From contig JAHRYN010000003.1 in the NCBI GenBank assembly GCA_020621405.1, positions 170,808 to 194,807 of the forward strand: a DNA stretch of 24,000 nucleotides, read 5' to 3'. This stretch comes from Betaproteobacteria bacterium (lineage in GTDB: Bacteria > Pseudomonadota > Gammaproteobacteria > Burkholderiales > Rhodocyclaceae). The translations under genes and the position numbers were made by a program. How positions within the stretch are numbered: the stretch's first letter is position 1; the number at the start of each line of letters is the position of its first letter. Shown here one piece after another: positions 7,641 through 16,339 of this stretch. The notes under the pieces were generated by a model that was not told where the DNA came from, searched no databases, and was given only the letters and a program-made list of their open reading frames with translations.

Positions 7641-8477
7641 TCAGGCAGTGCCGAACAGGCGCGCCAGTTCCGTTCCCGGATCGCTGGCGCGCATGAAGGC
7701 CTCGCCCACGAGGAAGGCGTACACGTCGCGGGCCCGCATGGTCGCGACGTGTTCCGGCGCCAGGATGCCGCTTTCGGTGATGACCACCCGATCAGCCGGA
7801 ATGCGCCCGAGTTGCGACAGCGTGAAGTCGAGCGACACCTCGAAGGTGCGCAGACTGCGGTTGTTGATGCCCATCAGCGGCGTTTCGAGCTGCAGAGCGA
7901 GATCAAGCTCGCCGGCATCGTGGCTTTCCACCAGTACCGCCATGCCCAGCTCGTGCGCCAGCTTCTCCAGCGCGCGCATTTCCGACACCGCCTTCGTCCT
8001 GGCCACCGCATCGGCTTCGCCCGACGGCGGCAGGAAGGCCGCCACGATCAGCAATATGCAGTCGGCACCCATGGCGCGCGCCTCGACCACCTGATACGGA
8101 TCGATGATGAAGTCCTTGCGCAGCACCGGCAGGCTGCAGGCCGCACGCGCTTCGACCAGATAGTCGGGCGCGCCCTGGAAGTACTGCCTGTCGGTCAGCA
8201 CCGACAGGCAGGCGGCACCGCCCGCCTCGTACGAGCGGGCGATGTCGGACGGACGGAAGTCGGCGCGCAGCACCCCCTTGGAAGGACTGGCCTTCTTCAC
8301 TTCGGCGATCACGGCCGGCCGGCGCTGTGCGACGCGCGTGCGCAGCGCAGCGACGAAGTCGCGCGCCGGCGGCTGCGCCGCGGCACGCGCGCACAGCGCC
8401 TCGAGTGGCTCGACGGCGCGGGCAGCGGCAATTTCCTCGCGCTTGGTGGCGAGAATCTTCTGCAGGATGTCGGACAT
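7641..8477 (-). CDS. trpC: Indole-3-glycerol-phosphate synthase
   Basis: 278 aa. '[16 protein letters not shown]...[13 protein letters not shown]...[12 protein letters not shown]...GINNRSL' is typical of TrpC. It is the last gene of the trpG-trpD-trpC run. Confidence 0.95.
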   Translation of the reverse strand: MSDILQKILATKREEIAAARAVEPLEALCARAAAQPPARDFVAALRTRVAQRRPAVIAEVKKASPSKGVLRADFRPSDIARSYEAGGAACLSVLTDRQYFQGAPDYLVEARAACSLPVLRKDFIIDPYQVVEARAMGADCILLIVAAFLPPSGEADAVARTKAVSEMRALEKLAHELGMAVLVESHDAGELDLALQLETPLMGINNRSLRTFEVSLDFTLSQLGRIPADRVVITESGILAPEHVATMRARDVYAFLVGEAFMRASDPGTELARLFGTA

Positions 8478-8482
8478 GGCGT

Positions 8483-9514
8483 TCAGTCGGTAAAGGCGTT
8501 GGAGCGGGCAACCAGCTGGTCGAGGCGCGCACGCGCGGCACCGGATTCCACCGCCTCGCGCGCACGGTCCACCCCGTCGCGCAGCGAATCGACGACGCCA
8601 CCGACGTAGAGGCTGGCTCCGGCATTGAGCAGCACGACATCGCGCGCCGGCGCGAAACTGCCGTCGAGCGCTGCCAGCAGCATGTCGCGCGACCCCTGTA
8701 CATCGTGTACGCGCAGGGTATCGAGCGCATGGACCGGCAGGCCGACATCGGACGGATGGACGACATGCTCGCGTACCTCGCCGTCGCGCAGTTCGCCGAC
8801 CAGCGTGTCGCCGCTGATCGACAGCTCGTCCAGGCCGTCGCGGCCATGCACCACCATCACGTTGCGCGCGCCCAGCTCCTTGAGCACACGCGCCAGGATG
8901 CCGACCAGGTCGGGATGGAACACGCCCATCACCTGGTTGCCGGCACCGGCCGGATTGGTCAGCGGCCCCAGTATGTTGAACAGCGTGCGCACGCCCAGTT
9001 CGCGCCGCACCGGCGCGGCGTACTTCATCGCGCTGTGGTGATTGGGCGCGAACATGAAGCCGACACCGACCTCGCCGATGCAGGTCGCGACCTGCTCCGG
9101 CGTCATGTTTACATTGACGCCCAGCGCCTCGAGCACGTCGGCCGACCCGCTCTGCGACGAACTGGCGCGCCCGCCATGCTTGGCCACGCGTGCGCCGGCC
9201 GCAGCCGCAACGAACATGGCTGCGGTGGAAATGTTGAAGGTGTGCGCGCCATCGCCACCGGTACCGCAGGTATCGACCAGCGTCGCCACATCGTCGACCG
9301 GCACGCGGACCGACAGCTCGCGCATCACCATGGCGGCAGCGGCGATCTCGCCGACCGTCTCCTTCTTGACCCGCAGGCCGATCAGGATGGCGGCGATCAG
9401 CGGCGCTGACACCTCGCCGGTCATGATCTGGCGCATCAGCGCGACCATCTCGTCGTGGAAGATTTCGCGGTGCTCGATGACGCGTTCGAGCGCCTGGCGC
9501 GGCGTGAAGCTCAT
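8483..9514 (-). CDS. trpD: Anthranilate phosphoribosyltransferase
   Basis: 343 aa starting '[23 protein letters not shown]...'. Includes '[36 protein letters not shown]'. The ATG at 9512-9514 overlaps the trpG stop (ATGA). The ORF-track entry 8483-9931 is an in-frame stop-free upstream extension running through trpG. Confidence 0.95.
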   Translation of the reverse strand: MSFTPRQALERVIEHREIFHDEMVALMRQIMTGEVSAPLIAAILIGLRVKKETVGEIAAAAMVMRELSVRVPVDDVATLVDTCGTGGDGAHTFNISTAAMFVAAAAGARVAKHGGRASSSQSGSADVLEALGVNVNMTPEQVATCIGEVGVGFMFAPNHHSAMKYAAPVRRELGVRTLFNILGPLTNPAGAGNQVMGVFHPDLVGILARVLKELGARNVMVVHGRDGLDELSISGDTLVGELRDGEVREHVVHPSDVGLPVHALDTLRVHDVQGSRDMLLAALDGSFAPARDVVLLNAGASLYVGGVVDSLRDGVDRAREAVESGAARARLDQLVARSNAFTD

Positions 9515-10089
9515 GCGCCAGCCCTCCACTCGTCGAGGAAATTCTTCAGCATGCGGTGGCCGTGCTCGGTCAGGATGGATTCCGGGTGGAACTGCACCCC
9601 CTCGATCGGCAGCGTCTTGTGGCGCATGCCCATGATTTCGCCGTCGTCGGTCCACGCCGTGACTTCCAAACAATCCGGCAGCGTATCGCGCGCCACCGCC
9701 AGCGAGTGGTAGCGGATCGCGGTAAACGGGTTCGGCAGGCCGCGGAACATGCCCTTGTCCAGATGGTGGATGGCCGCCGTCTTGCCGTGCATCACCACCT
9801 TGGCGTGCACCACGTCGCCACCGAACGCCGCGCCGATGCTCTGGTGGCCGAGGCAGACACCCAGGATGGGGTACTTGCCGGCAAATTCCCTGATCAGCGG
9901 CACCGACACACCCGCCTCGTTCGGCGAGCACGGCCCTGGCGACACCACGATGTGGTCGGGTTTCAGCGCGTCGATCTGGTCCAGCGAGATCTCGTCGTTG
10001 CGGAACACGCGCACGTCCTCACCCAGCTCGCCGAAGTACTGCACGAGGTTGTAGGTGAAGGAGTCGTAATTGTCGATCATCAGCAGCAT
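9511..10089 (-). CDS. trpG: Anthranilate synthase component II (glutamine amidotransferase)
   Basis: 192 aa. '[19 protein letters not shown]...[10 protein letters not shown]...HPESI' gives the class-I GATase triad context. Confidence 0.95.
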   Translation of the reverse strand: MLLMIDNYDSFTYNLVQYFGELGEDVRVFRNDEISLDQIDALKPDHIVVSPGPCSPNEAGVSVPLIREFAGKYPILGVCLGHQSIGAAFGGDVVHAKVVMHGKTAAIHHLDKGMFRGLPNPFTAIRYHSLAVARDTLPDCLEVTAWTDDGEIMGMRHKTLPIEGVQFHPESILTEHGHRMLKNFLDEWRAGA

Positions 10090-10511
10090 AGTCGGCCTAT
10101 CTATTTGATTCGTAACGGCCTGATCTCAGACCGCCTTCTTCCTTGCCCGGTTTTTCTTCGCGACTGCTTCAGCGCAAGCCACCTGACGTCACAGCCACGC
10201 CGGACGCCGTCGGCCCCGGATTGTATCGCCCGCGGGCAGTCCATACCCGACAGGTCACCGGATCAGCCGAAACCCCACGGCCACCGGTGCCTGCCGCAGT
10301 GCTTCTGGCCGCACGCACGTGCGACGGCATTCCGCGCCGGTCGCCCACGATTTTCCAACCCATCCGCCCTTTAGTATCGTGGTAATATTTCCCACGTAAA
10401 ACGAATCCTTCAACAGAACGACCTCCCGTTTCGAGGTCATGGTCGTACATGGCGCACGCCGGGCAGCGAATCCGCGGTCTGGCAACAATCACTTGAATCG
10501 GGGATGACAAC

Positions 10512-11360
10512 ATGAAAATAACGCCAAAACTTCACTACCTCCTGGCCACGATGGCCGCGCTGTCGGGTGTCTGCTCGCAGTCAGCTTCGGCCGCAAGCGT
10601 GGCACCACCGGCCGACCTGGCCGATTGGGTGTACACCGGAAACTGCGGCAGTCTGGCGCAGGACGGTGACGTGACGCTGTCCCCGCTGGGTAATGCGAAA
10701 TACGGCTACGTGAGCACCGGCTATTCGGAAGCGTTCGGCGTGTCGCCCCTGAGCCTGAGCGACAACAAGGTCGGCGCCGAGACGAACGGATCAAGGATCG
10801 TATCCGGCGCATTCAGCGCAGGCGCCGACGACAGACTGAACATCCATTTCAACTTCGTCTCGACCGACGGCAAGGGCTATGACGACTACGCGTGGGCACG
10901 GATACTGAACGCTGGCGACAATTCCCTGGTGGCGTGGATCTTCACCGCCCGCGCCACCAACTCCGGGTCCAACAAGATCATTCCGGGTGACGTGGTCGGC
11001 AGTGCCGAATTCAATCCGCGCGACACGCTGACCAACTACGCCGACTATGAATTCACCAGCAAGACGGCGGACTGGTCGGCGCTTGGCAGTTCGAACAACA
11101 TCTGCTGGCAGACGGACGCCAAGGGATGCGGCTATACGGGCTGGCTCGAATCCAGCTTCAAGTTCGCACAGGCCGGCAGCTACAAGCTGGAGATCGGCGT
11201 CACGAACTGGGGCGACACGGCCTACGACACGGGTCTGGCGTTCGACTTCCATAACCTCAGCGATTCGCGCATTGCCGCGCCGGTACCCGAACCGGGATCG
11301 GTATCGCTGTTCCTGGCCGGTCTGTGCCTGCTGGGATTTGCCGCGCGTCGCCGGGCCTGA
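10512..11360 (+). CDS. Secreted PEP-CTERM sorting-domain protein of unknown function
   Basis: N-terminal signal peptide 'MKITPKLHYLLATMAALSGVCSQSASA'. The C-terminal 'VPEPGSVSLFLAGLCLLGFAARRRA' has a PEP motif, a hydrophobic helix and an Arg cluster. The middle ~220 aa are rich in Gly/Ser/Asn/aromatic residues. Confidence 0.85.
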   Translation: MKITPKLHYLLATMAALSGVCSQSASAASVAPPADLADWVYTGNCGSLAQDGDVTLSPLGNAKYGYVSTGYSEAFGVSPLSLSDNKVGAETNGSRIVSGAFSAGADDRLNIHFNFVSTDGKGYDDYAWARILNAGDNSLVAWIFTARATNSGSNKIIPGDVVGSAEFNPRDTLTNYADYEFTSKTADWSALGSSNNICWQTDAKGCGYTGWLESSFKFAQAGSYKLEIGVTNWGDTAYDTGLAFDFHNLSDSRIAAPVPEPGSVSLFLAGLCLLGFAARRRA

Positions 11361-11377
11361 GACGGACGAAACGCGTT

Positions 11378-11419
11378 GCCGGCCGCTGACGGGAGCCTGA
11401 ACTCCGTCAGCAGCCGGCC
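11378..11419. terminator. GC-rich hairpin between the convergent stops of the PEP-CTERM gene and trpE; possible bidirectional terminator
   Basis: Left arm GCCGGCCGCTGACGGGAG (11378-11395), loop CCTGAA, right arm CTCCGTCAGCAGCCGGCC (11402-11419). This gives 16 bp with one bulge (G11391) and one C-A mismatch. There is no clear U-tract on either strand. Confidence 0.4.
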
Positions 11420-11440
11420 CCGGTCATCCGGCCGGCGCGT

Positions 11441-12913
11441 TCAGTCCGGAACCAGCCCCGCTTCGGCCAGTTCGGCTGCGCGCAGCACGGCGCGCGCCTT
11501 GTTCAGCGTTTCCTGCCATTCGCCCTCGGGCGTCGAATCCATCACCACGCCGCCGCCGGCCTGGGCATGCAGCTGGCCGTCCTTGATCACCGCGGTGCGC
11601 AGCGCAATCGCCACGTCCATGCCGCCGTTGAAACCGAGATAGCCGACTGCGCCGGAATAGATGCCGCGCTTGACCGGCTCCAGCTCGTCGATGATTTCCA
11701 TCGCCCGCACCTTGGGCGCGCCGCTGACGGTACCGGCCGGGAAGGTGGCGCGCAGCACGTCCATTGCGGTCAGCCCCGGCTTGAGCACGCCTTCGACATT
11801 GCTGACGATGTGCATCACGTGCGAATACTTCTCGACCACCATGCGGTCGGTCACTTCGACGCTGCCTATGGTGGCCACCCGGCCCAGATCATTGCGGCCG
11901 AGATCCACCAGCATGATGTGCTCGGCGCGTTCCTTCTCGTCCGAAAGCAGGTCCTCGGCCAGCGCACGGTCCTCCTCCGCGTTGGCACCGCGTTTGCGCG
12001 TGCCGGCGATCGGCCGCACCGTCACCTTGTCGCCTTCGAGACGAGCGAGGATTTCCGGACTGGCGCCGACGATGTGGGTGTCGCCAAGGTTGAAGAAATA
12101 CATGTAGGGCGACGGATTCAGCGCGCGCAGCGCGCGATACACCGCCATTGGCGTCGCCGACAGCGGCTTGCTCATGCGCTGCGACGGCACCACCTGCATG
12201 ATGTCACCGTCGAAGATGTACTGCTTCGCCCGCTCGACCGCCGCGCAGTAGGCGTCGTGGCCGAAGCCGGACTGCGCCGCGACCGATGCACCGGGCGCGG
12301 TATCCGGCTCGCGCAGCGGCGCCTTCAGCAAGGCCACCAGCGCATCCAGCCGCGCGTGGGCATTGGCCAGCGCATCGGGCTGCACCGGATCGGCATAGAC
12401 GATGAAGGTCAGCCGGCCCGACAGATTGTCGAACACGGCCAGTTCGTCCGACAGCAGCAGGTGGATGTCGGGCACGCCCAGCGGATCGGGTTTGCTCCAG
12501 CCCGGTTCGAGCCGGTGTTCGACATAGCGCACGACGTCGTAGCCGAAATAACCGACCAGCCCACCCGAGAACCGCGGCAGCCCCGGCAGGTCGGGCACGC
12601 GGTAGCGGCCGAGGAAGTCCTGCACGAAGGCCAGCGGATCAGTCGATTCGACCGACTCGGTCACGCGGTCGCCATTCAGCACGGTGATGGCGTTGCGGCG
12701 CACCACGATGCGCGTGCGCGCCGGCAGGCCCAAGATTGAATAGCGGCCCCAGCGCTCTCCGCCCTGCACCGATTCGAGCAGATACGAATATGGCGCGTCG
12801 GCCAGCTTCAGATAGGCGGACAGCGGGGTGTCGAGATCGGCCAGCGCCTGGCGCGATACGGGAATGCGGTTATAGCCGGCGCGAACGAGCGCCTCGAATT
12901 GATCGTTTTTCAT
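11441..12913 (-). CDS. trpE: Anthranilate synthase component I
   Basis: 490 aa. '[19 protein letters not shown]...[19 protein letters not shown]' carries the LLES feedback motif. The C-terminal chorismate-binding region includes '[19 protein letters not shown]...[10 protein letters not shown]'. Confidence 0.95.
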   Translation of the reverse strand: MKNDQFEALVRAGYNRIPVSRQALADLDTPLSAYLKLADAPYSYLLESVQGGERWGRYSILGLPARTRIVVRRNAITVLNGDRVTESVESTDPLAFVQDFLGRYRVPDLPGLPRFSGGLVGYFGYDVVRYVEHRLEPGWSKPDPLGVPDIHLLLSDELAVFDNLSGRLTFIVYADPVQPDALANAHARLDALVALLKAPLREPDTAPGASVAAQSGFGHDAYCAAVERAKQYIFDGDIMQVVPSQRMSKPLSATPMAVYRALRALNPSPYMYFFNLGDTHIVGASPEILARLEGDKVTVRPIAGTRKRGANAEEDRALAEDLLSDEKERAEHIMLVDLGRNDLGRVATIGSVEVTDRMVVEKYSHVMHIVSNVEGVLKPGLTAMDVLRATFPAGTVSGAPKVRAMEIIDELEPVKRGIYSGAVGYLGFNGGMDVAIALRTAVIKDGQLHAQAGGGVVMDSTPEGEWQETLNKARAVLRAAELAEAGLVPD

Positions 12914-12985
12914 GGACAGTCGGGAGAACTTGATGTGAACGGGCGCGGCGGCTTTTCAGCACGCGCGCCGGACCGTGGAGCGGCG

Positions 12986-13069
12986 TCAGGCGCCGCGCCA
13001 CAGGTACCCGTGCAGAAGCGCTGCGGCGCGGCTGCGGGCGGGTGTCTCCTTGAAGGTCACGCTGTCCAT
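12986..13069 (-). other. 27-codon uORF (MDSVTFKETPARSRAAALLHGYLWRGA) between gph and trpE; candidate trp leader peptide, weakly supported
   Basis: The ATG at 13067-13069 directly abuts the gph stop (TGAATG). There is a single Trp codon at 12998-13000 and stop TGA at 12986-12988. It overlaps alternative GC-rich helices (see findings). It has no SD and only one Trp codon. Confidence 0.2.
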
Positions 13070-13762
13070 TCAGATTTCGGTCCGGATTCCGGGCAGAGGC
13101 TCGACCCGCTGCAGCAGGTCGGGGAGCGAGGATAGTAGCCCATCGCAATCTTTTGCGTCCAGCACGCGCCCCTCGCTGTAGCCCCAGGGCACGCCGAACA
13201 CCGCGACACCTGCGGCGCGCGCGCAGTCGATGTCGTTATAGGAGTCGCCGACATGCAGCATGGCCGCCGGTGCGCAGTCGAGCTGGCGCGCCGCATGGAG
13301 CAGCGGCGCCGGATCCGGCTTCTTCTGCGGCAGGGTGTCGCCGCTGACCACGCTGTCGAAATACTCCGCCATGCCCATCTGGACCAGCAGCGGTTCGGTG
13401 AAGTCGGCCGCCTTGTTGGTGACGATGCCCAGCCGGATGCCGGCCCGGTGCAGTGCCGCCAGCGTGTCATGAGCGCCTTCGTAGGCGACCGCCTGCTCGC
13501 CGTTGCGGTGCCGGTAGGCCCGCCTGAACACCTCGATCGCCTGCGTCAGCAGTGCCGCGTCCTGCGCGCGGTCTCCCAGACAGCGCGCAACCAGATTCGG
13601 AATGCCACGCCCGACGAACACCCGGACTTCCGCCACCGAGCGCGGCGGCAGGCCGAGTTCGACCGCCATGTCCTGCGCCGCTGCGGCCAGATCCGGCACC
13701 GTGTCGAGCAGCGTGCCGTCCAGATCGAAGGTGATGGCGGCGACCGCCCGCTTGCCGGCCAC
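13070..13762 (-). CDS. gph: Phosphoglycolate phosphatase (HAD superfamily)
   Basis: 230 aa. HAD motif I is 'ITFDLDGTLLDT', followed by 'GIVTNK' and 'MLHVGDSYNDIDCARAAG'. GTG start at 13762, 2 nt after the rpe stop. Confidence 0.85.
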   Translation of the reverse strand: MAGKRAVAAITFDLDGTLLDTVPDLAAAAQDMAVELGLPPRSVAEVRVFVGRGIPNLVARCLGDRAQDAALLTQAIEVFRRAYRHRNGEQAVAYEGAHDTLAALHRAGIRLGIVTNKAADFTEPLLVQMGMAEYFDSVVSGDTLPQKKPDPAPLLHAARQLDCAPAAMLHVGDSYNDIDCARAAGVAVFGVPWGYSEGRVLDAKDCDGLLSSLPDLLQRVEPLPGIRTEI

Positions 13763-13764
13763 CG

Positions 13765-14475
13765 TCAGACCGTCGCCAGCTGCGCGCGCAGCGCGCCGAT
13801 CACGCTGTCGTAATGGTTGGGATCGGTGTCCAGGCCGGCACCGAACACCGCCGAGCCGGCGACGAAGGTATCGGCCCCGGCACGTGCGATTTCCGCGATG
13901 TTGTCCACCTTCACGCCACCGTCGATCTCCAGGCGGATGCGCCGGCCGGTCCGGTCGAAGTAGTCATCCAGCTTCGCGCGCGCAGCGCGCAGCTTGTTCA
14001 GTGTTTCCGGAATGAAGCTCTGGCCACCGAAGCCCGGGTTCACCGACATCAGCAACACCAGATCGAGCCGGTCCATCACGTGATCGAGGTGATGCAGCGG
14101 CGTGGCCGGGTTGAACACCAGGCCGGCCTGGCAGCCGTGGTCGCGGATCAGCGCCAGCGAGCGGTCGATGTGCTCCGACGCTTCCGGATGGAAGGTGATC
14201 ACGTTGGCACCGGCCTTGGCGAAGTCGGGAATGATGCGGTCGACCGGCTTGACCATCAGATGCACGTCGATCACCGCGTCGGTGTGCGGACGCAGCGCCT
14301 GGCAGACCAGCGGGCCTATGGTCAGGTTGGGCACGTAGTGGTTGTCCATCACGTCGAAATGGATCCAGTCGGCACCGGAGTCGATGACATCGCGCACTTC
14401 CTGGCCGAGCCGGGCAAAATCGGCGGACAGCAGGCTGGGCGCAATCAGGAAATCAGGGGCTGAAGATTGACTCAC
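13765..14475 (-). CDS. rpe: Ribulose-phosphate 3-epimerase
   Basis: '[17 protein letters not shown]...[17 protein letters not shown]...DVHLMV...GFGGQSFI' is typical of Rpe. I placed the start at the GTG at 14475, with GGAG (complement of 14484-14487) 8 nt upstream and a TACAAT -10-like hexamer at the complement of 14504-14509. The maximal ORF starts at the ATG at 14547, adding 24 aa. Confidence 0.9.
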   Translation of the reverse strand: MSQSSAPDFLIAPSLLSADFARLGQEVRDVIDSGADWIHFDVMDNHYVPNLTIGPLVCQALRPHTDAVIDVHLMVKPVDRIIPDFAKAGANVITFHPEASEHIDRSLALIRDHGCQAGLVFNPATPLHHLDHVMDRLDLVLLMSVNPGFGGQSFIPETLNKLRAARAKLDDYFDRTGRRIRLEIDGGVKVDNIAEIARAGADTFVAGSAVFGAGLDTDPNHYDSVIGALRAQLATV

Positions 14476-14554
14476 TTGCGGGGCTCCGGATGGCAGAACC
14501 GCGATTGTATCGGCTCCCGCCGCGGGTCCGCTTGCGCACTCACTCATCCGGCGC

Positions 14555-14583
14555 TTGCCGCGTCATGAGACTTCGGTTAAATA
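14555..14583 (+). promoter_or_regulatory. Putative sigma70-type promoter of apaG: TTGCCG, 17 nt spacer, TAAATA
   Basis: TTGCCG is at 14555-14560 and TAAATA at 14578-14583 with a 17-nt spacer. The expected transcription start is about 7 nt downstream, at or next to the apaG ATG (14590). No SD is visible upstream of that ATG. Confidence 0.3.
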
Positions 14584-14589
14584 GTGCGC

Positions 14590-14973
14590 ATGGCTGAAGC
14601 GAACAGATACGAAGTCAAGGTGGCGGTGCAGACGCGCTACGTCGAGGACCAGTCCGATCCGGAAGAGGCTCGGTTCATCTTTTCCTATACCGTGACCATC
14701 ACCAATACGGGCACGGTTCCGGCGCAGCTGATCAGCCGGCACTGGATCATCCTCGACTCGGCCGAAACCGAACAGCAGATACGCGGACTGGGCGTGATCG
14801 GACAGCAGCCGCTGCTAAAGGCCGGCGAGAAATTCGAATACACCAGCGGCTGCGCGCTGAACACGCCGGTCGGCACGATGCGCGGCAGCTATCAGATGGT
14901 GGCCGAGGACGGCACTCAGTTCGAAGCCGAAATCCCCGAATTCACGCTGGCCATGCCGCGCATCCTGCACTGA
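14590..14973 (+). CDS. apaG: ApaG (DUF525) protein
   Basis: 127 aa. It aligns by eye along its whole length with E. coli ApaG, including 'FSYTVTITNTG...QLISRHWIILD...GVIGQQPLL..GE.FEYTSG...TPVGTMRGSYQM'. The ORF track starts 2 codons earlier at GTG 14584. Confidence 0.9.
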   Translation: MAEANRYEVKVAVQTRYVEDQSDPEEARFIFSYTVTITNTGTVPAQLISRHWIILDSAETEQQIRGLGVIGQQPLLKAGEKFEYTSGCALNTPVGTMRGSYQMVAEDGTQFEAEIPEFTLAMPRILH

Positions 14974-14991
14974 ACGGCACGCGGGGCGGCC

Positions 14992-15600
14992 ATGTCCCTC
15001 GCAAACTCCTACACCCGGCTGGCGCCGCTCTACGACAGCGTGGTCGAGGCAGCGTCGCGAAATGCCCGCCGCACCAGTCTGGGCGCCCTGCCCCGGGCGC
15101 CTTCCGAAATCCTGCTGTGCGGCGTCGGCACCGGGCTGGACCTGCCCTGGCTGCCGGCCGGCCACCACTACACCGGCATCGACTTCAACCACGCCATGCT
15201 TGCGCGCAGCCTGCCGCGCGCGAACGGGCTCGATTACACGCCGGTGCTCGGCGACGCGATGCGCCTGCCCTTCGCAGATGCCAGCTTCGACTGCACGGTA
15301 TTGCACCTGATCGTCGCGGTGGTGCCCGACGGCGCCGCCTGCCTTGCCGAGGCGGCACGCGTGACCCGCGCCGGCGGCTCGATGCTGGTGCTGGACAAAT
15401 TCCTGACGCCCGGACGCGCAGCACCGCTGCGCCGCCTGCTGTCGCCGCTCGCCGCCCGCCTGGCCACGCGGCTGGACGTGGCGTTCGAGCCGCTGCTGAC
15501 AGGCCTCCCGCTGACCGTCGCAAGCGACGAACCGGCCGCAATCGGCGGCTGGTTCAGGCGCATACGGTTGGTGAAGGACGATCCGGCAGCAGTGTCCTAG
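14992..15600 (+). CDS. Class I SAM-dependent methyltransferase (small, Methyltransf_11-like)
   Basis: 202 aa. Motif I is 'ILLCGVGTGLDL', followed by 'YTGIDFNHAML' and 'FDCTVLHLIVAVVPD...GGSMLVLDKF'. Confidence 0.75.
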   Translation: MSLANSYTRLAPLYDSVVEAASRNARRTSLGALPRAPSEILLCGVGTGLDLPWLPAGHHYTGIDFNHAMLARSLPRANGLDYTPVLGDAMRLPFADASFDCTVLHLIVAVVPDGAACLAEAARVTRAGGSMLVLDKFLTPGRAAPLRRLLSPLAARLATRLDVAFEPLLTGLPLTVASDEPAAIGGWFRRIRLVKDDPAAVS

Positions 15601-16232
15601 TGCCCGAGCAGACCGGCGATCAGACTGCGACCGACCGGACTGGTCAGCAGCAGGAAGGCCACGACGTTCAGCGCAACAGTGATCCAGAAGGCGCGACGGA
15701 ATGACTGCTTGACCGACTTGTGGCGAAGGAACTGCTGCGCCAGCAGCGCGCCGGGCCAGCCGCCGACCAGCGCCAGCAGATGCAGCCGCGGTTCGGGCAC
15801 GCGCCAGCCGTCGCGCTCGGCCAGCGTCTTGTCCAGCCTGTACAGCCCGTAGGTGACGGCGCTGAGCACGAAATAGAGCACGAACCAGCCGGTCGGCATG
15901 CGCCAGAACAGCGCCGCGACCACCATAAGCAGCAGGAAGGCGGGGATGGCGAACAGCGTCGCCCCGCCCCACTGCGCCGGATGGTCGGCCGTGCGCCCTG
16001 CCACGCGCCGCGTCTTCAGCGGCACGCCTGCCATCGTCACCGACTGCGCGCAGACGCGTCCCCGGCGGTCGCGGCCAAGCTCGAACGACACCCGGTCGCC
16101 TGCCGTCGGCCGCCTGCCTTCCGCATCCAGTTCGCTGATGTGCACGAACACTTCGTCGCCGCCGGCATCCGGCACGATGAACCCGAAACCCTTGTCGTCC
16201 TTCCAGGACCTGATACGACCTTCGATACGCAT
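15597..16232 (-). CDS. Cold-shock domain plus DUF1294 membrane protein
   Basis: Starts 'MRIEGRIRSWKDDKGFGFIVPDAGGDEVFVHISEL' with RNP1 KGFGFI and an RNP2-like VFVHI. Hydrophobic helices follow, then 'RVPEPRLHLLALVGGWPGALLAQQFLRHKSVKQSFRRAFW' (DUF1294-like). The ATG at 16232 is preferred over the ORF-track start at 16352, which would overlap the divergent gene. Confidence 0.8.
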   Translation of the reverse strand: MRIEGRIRSWKDDKGFGFIVPDAGGDEVFVHISELDAEGRRPTAGDRVSFELGRDRRGRVCAQSVTMAGVPLKTRRVAGRTADHPAQWGGATLFAIPAFLLLMVVAALFWRMPTGWFVLYFVLSAVTYGLYRLDKTLAERDGWRVPEPRLHLLALVGGWPGALLAQQFLRHKSVKQSFRRAFWITVALNVVAFLLLTSPVGRSLIAGLLGH

Positions 16233-16339
16233 GGAAAATTGATGATTGTTAAGGCTCACGTCAGCCAGGCGCGCCACGATAGCATTGCTGCTTCGACGCG
16301 CCCGGCCGGATGCGTCCGCCGCACTGGAGTAGACCGCAG

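Noticed and set aside
9515-9931. In-frame 139-codon upstream extension of trpD (ORF-track 8483-9931)
   Set aside because: It runs through trpG in another frame. The conserved TrpD N-terminus begins at the ATG at 9514, which forms an ATGA overlap with the trpG stop.
10314-10323. 10-bp perfect palindrome CGCACGTGCG (and TGACGTCA at 10184-10191) in the trpG upstream spacer
   Set aside because: GC-rich palindromes of this length are expected many times by chance in a window of this size and composition. There is no supporting context.
10480-10496. TGGCA...TTGA resembling a sigma54 -24/-12 promoter upstream of the PEP-CTERM gene
   Set aside because: The spacing is two nt too long, and the invariant GC of the -12 element is missing (TTGA instead of TTGC). 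A second TGGCAG at 6945-6950 likewise lacks a -12 GC.
10169-10513. 114-aa and 77-aa minus-strand ORFs in the trpG / PEP-CTERM spacer
   Set aside because: They have no SD, no motifs and odd composition. They would overlap the PEP-CTERM start region. I cannot support them as genes.
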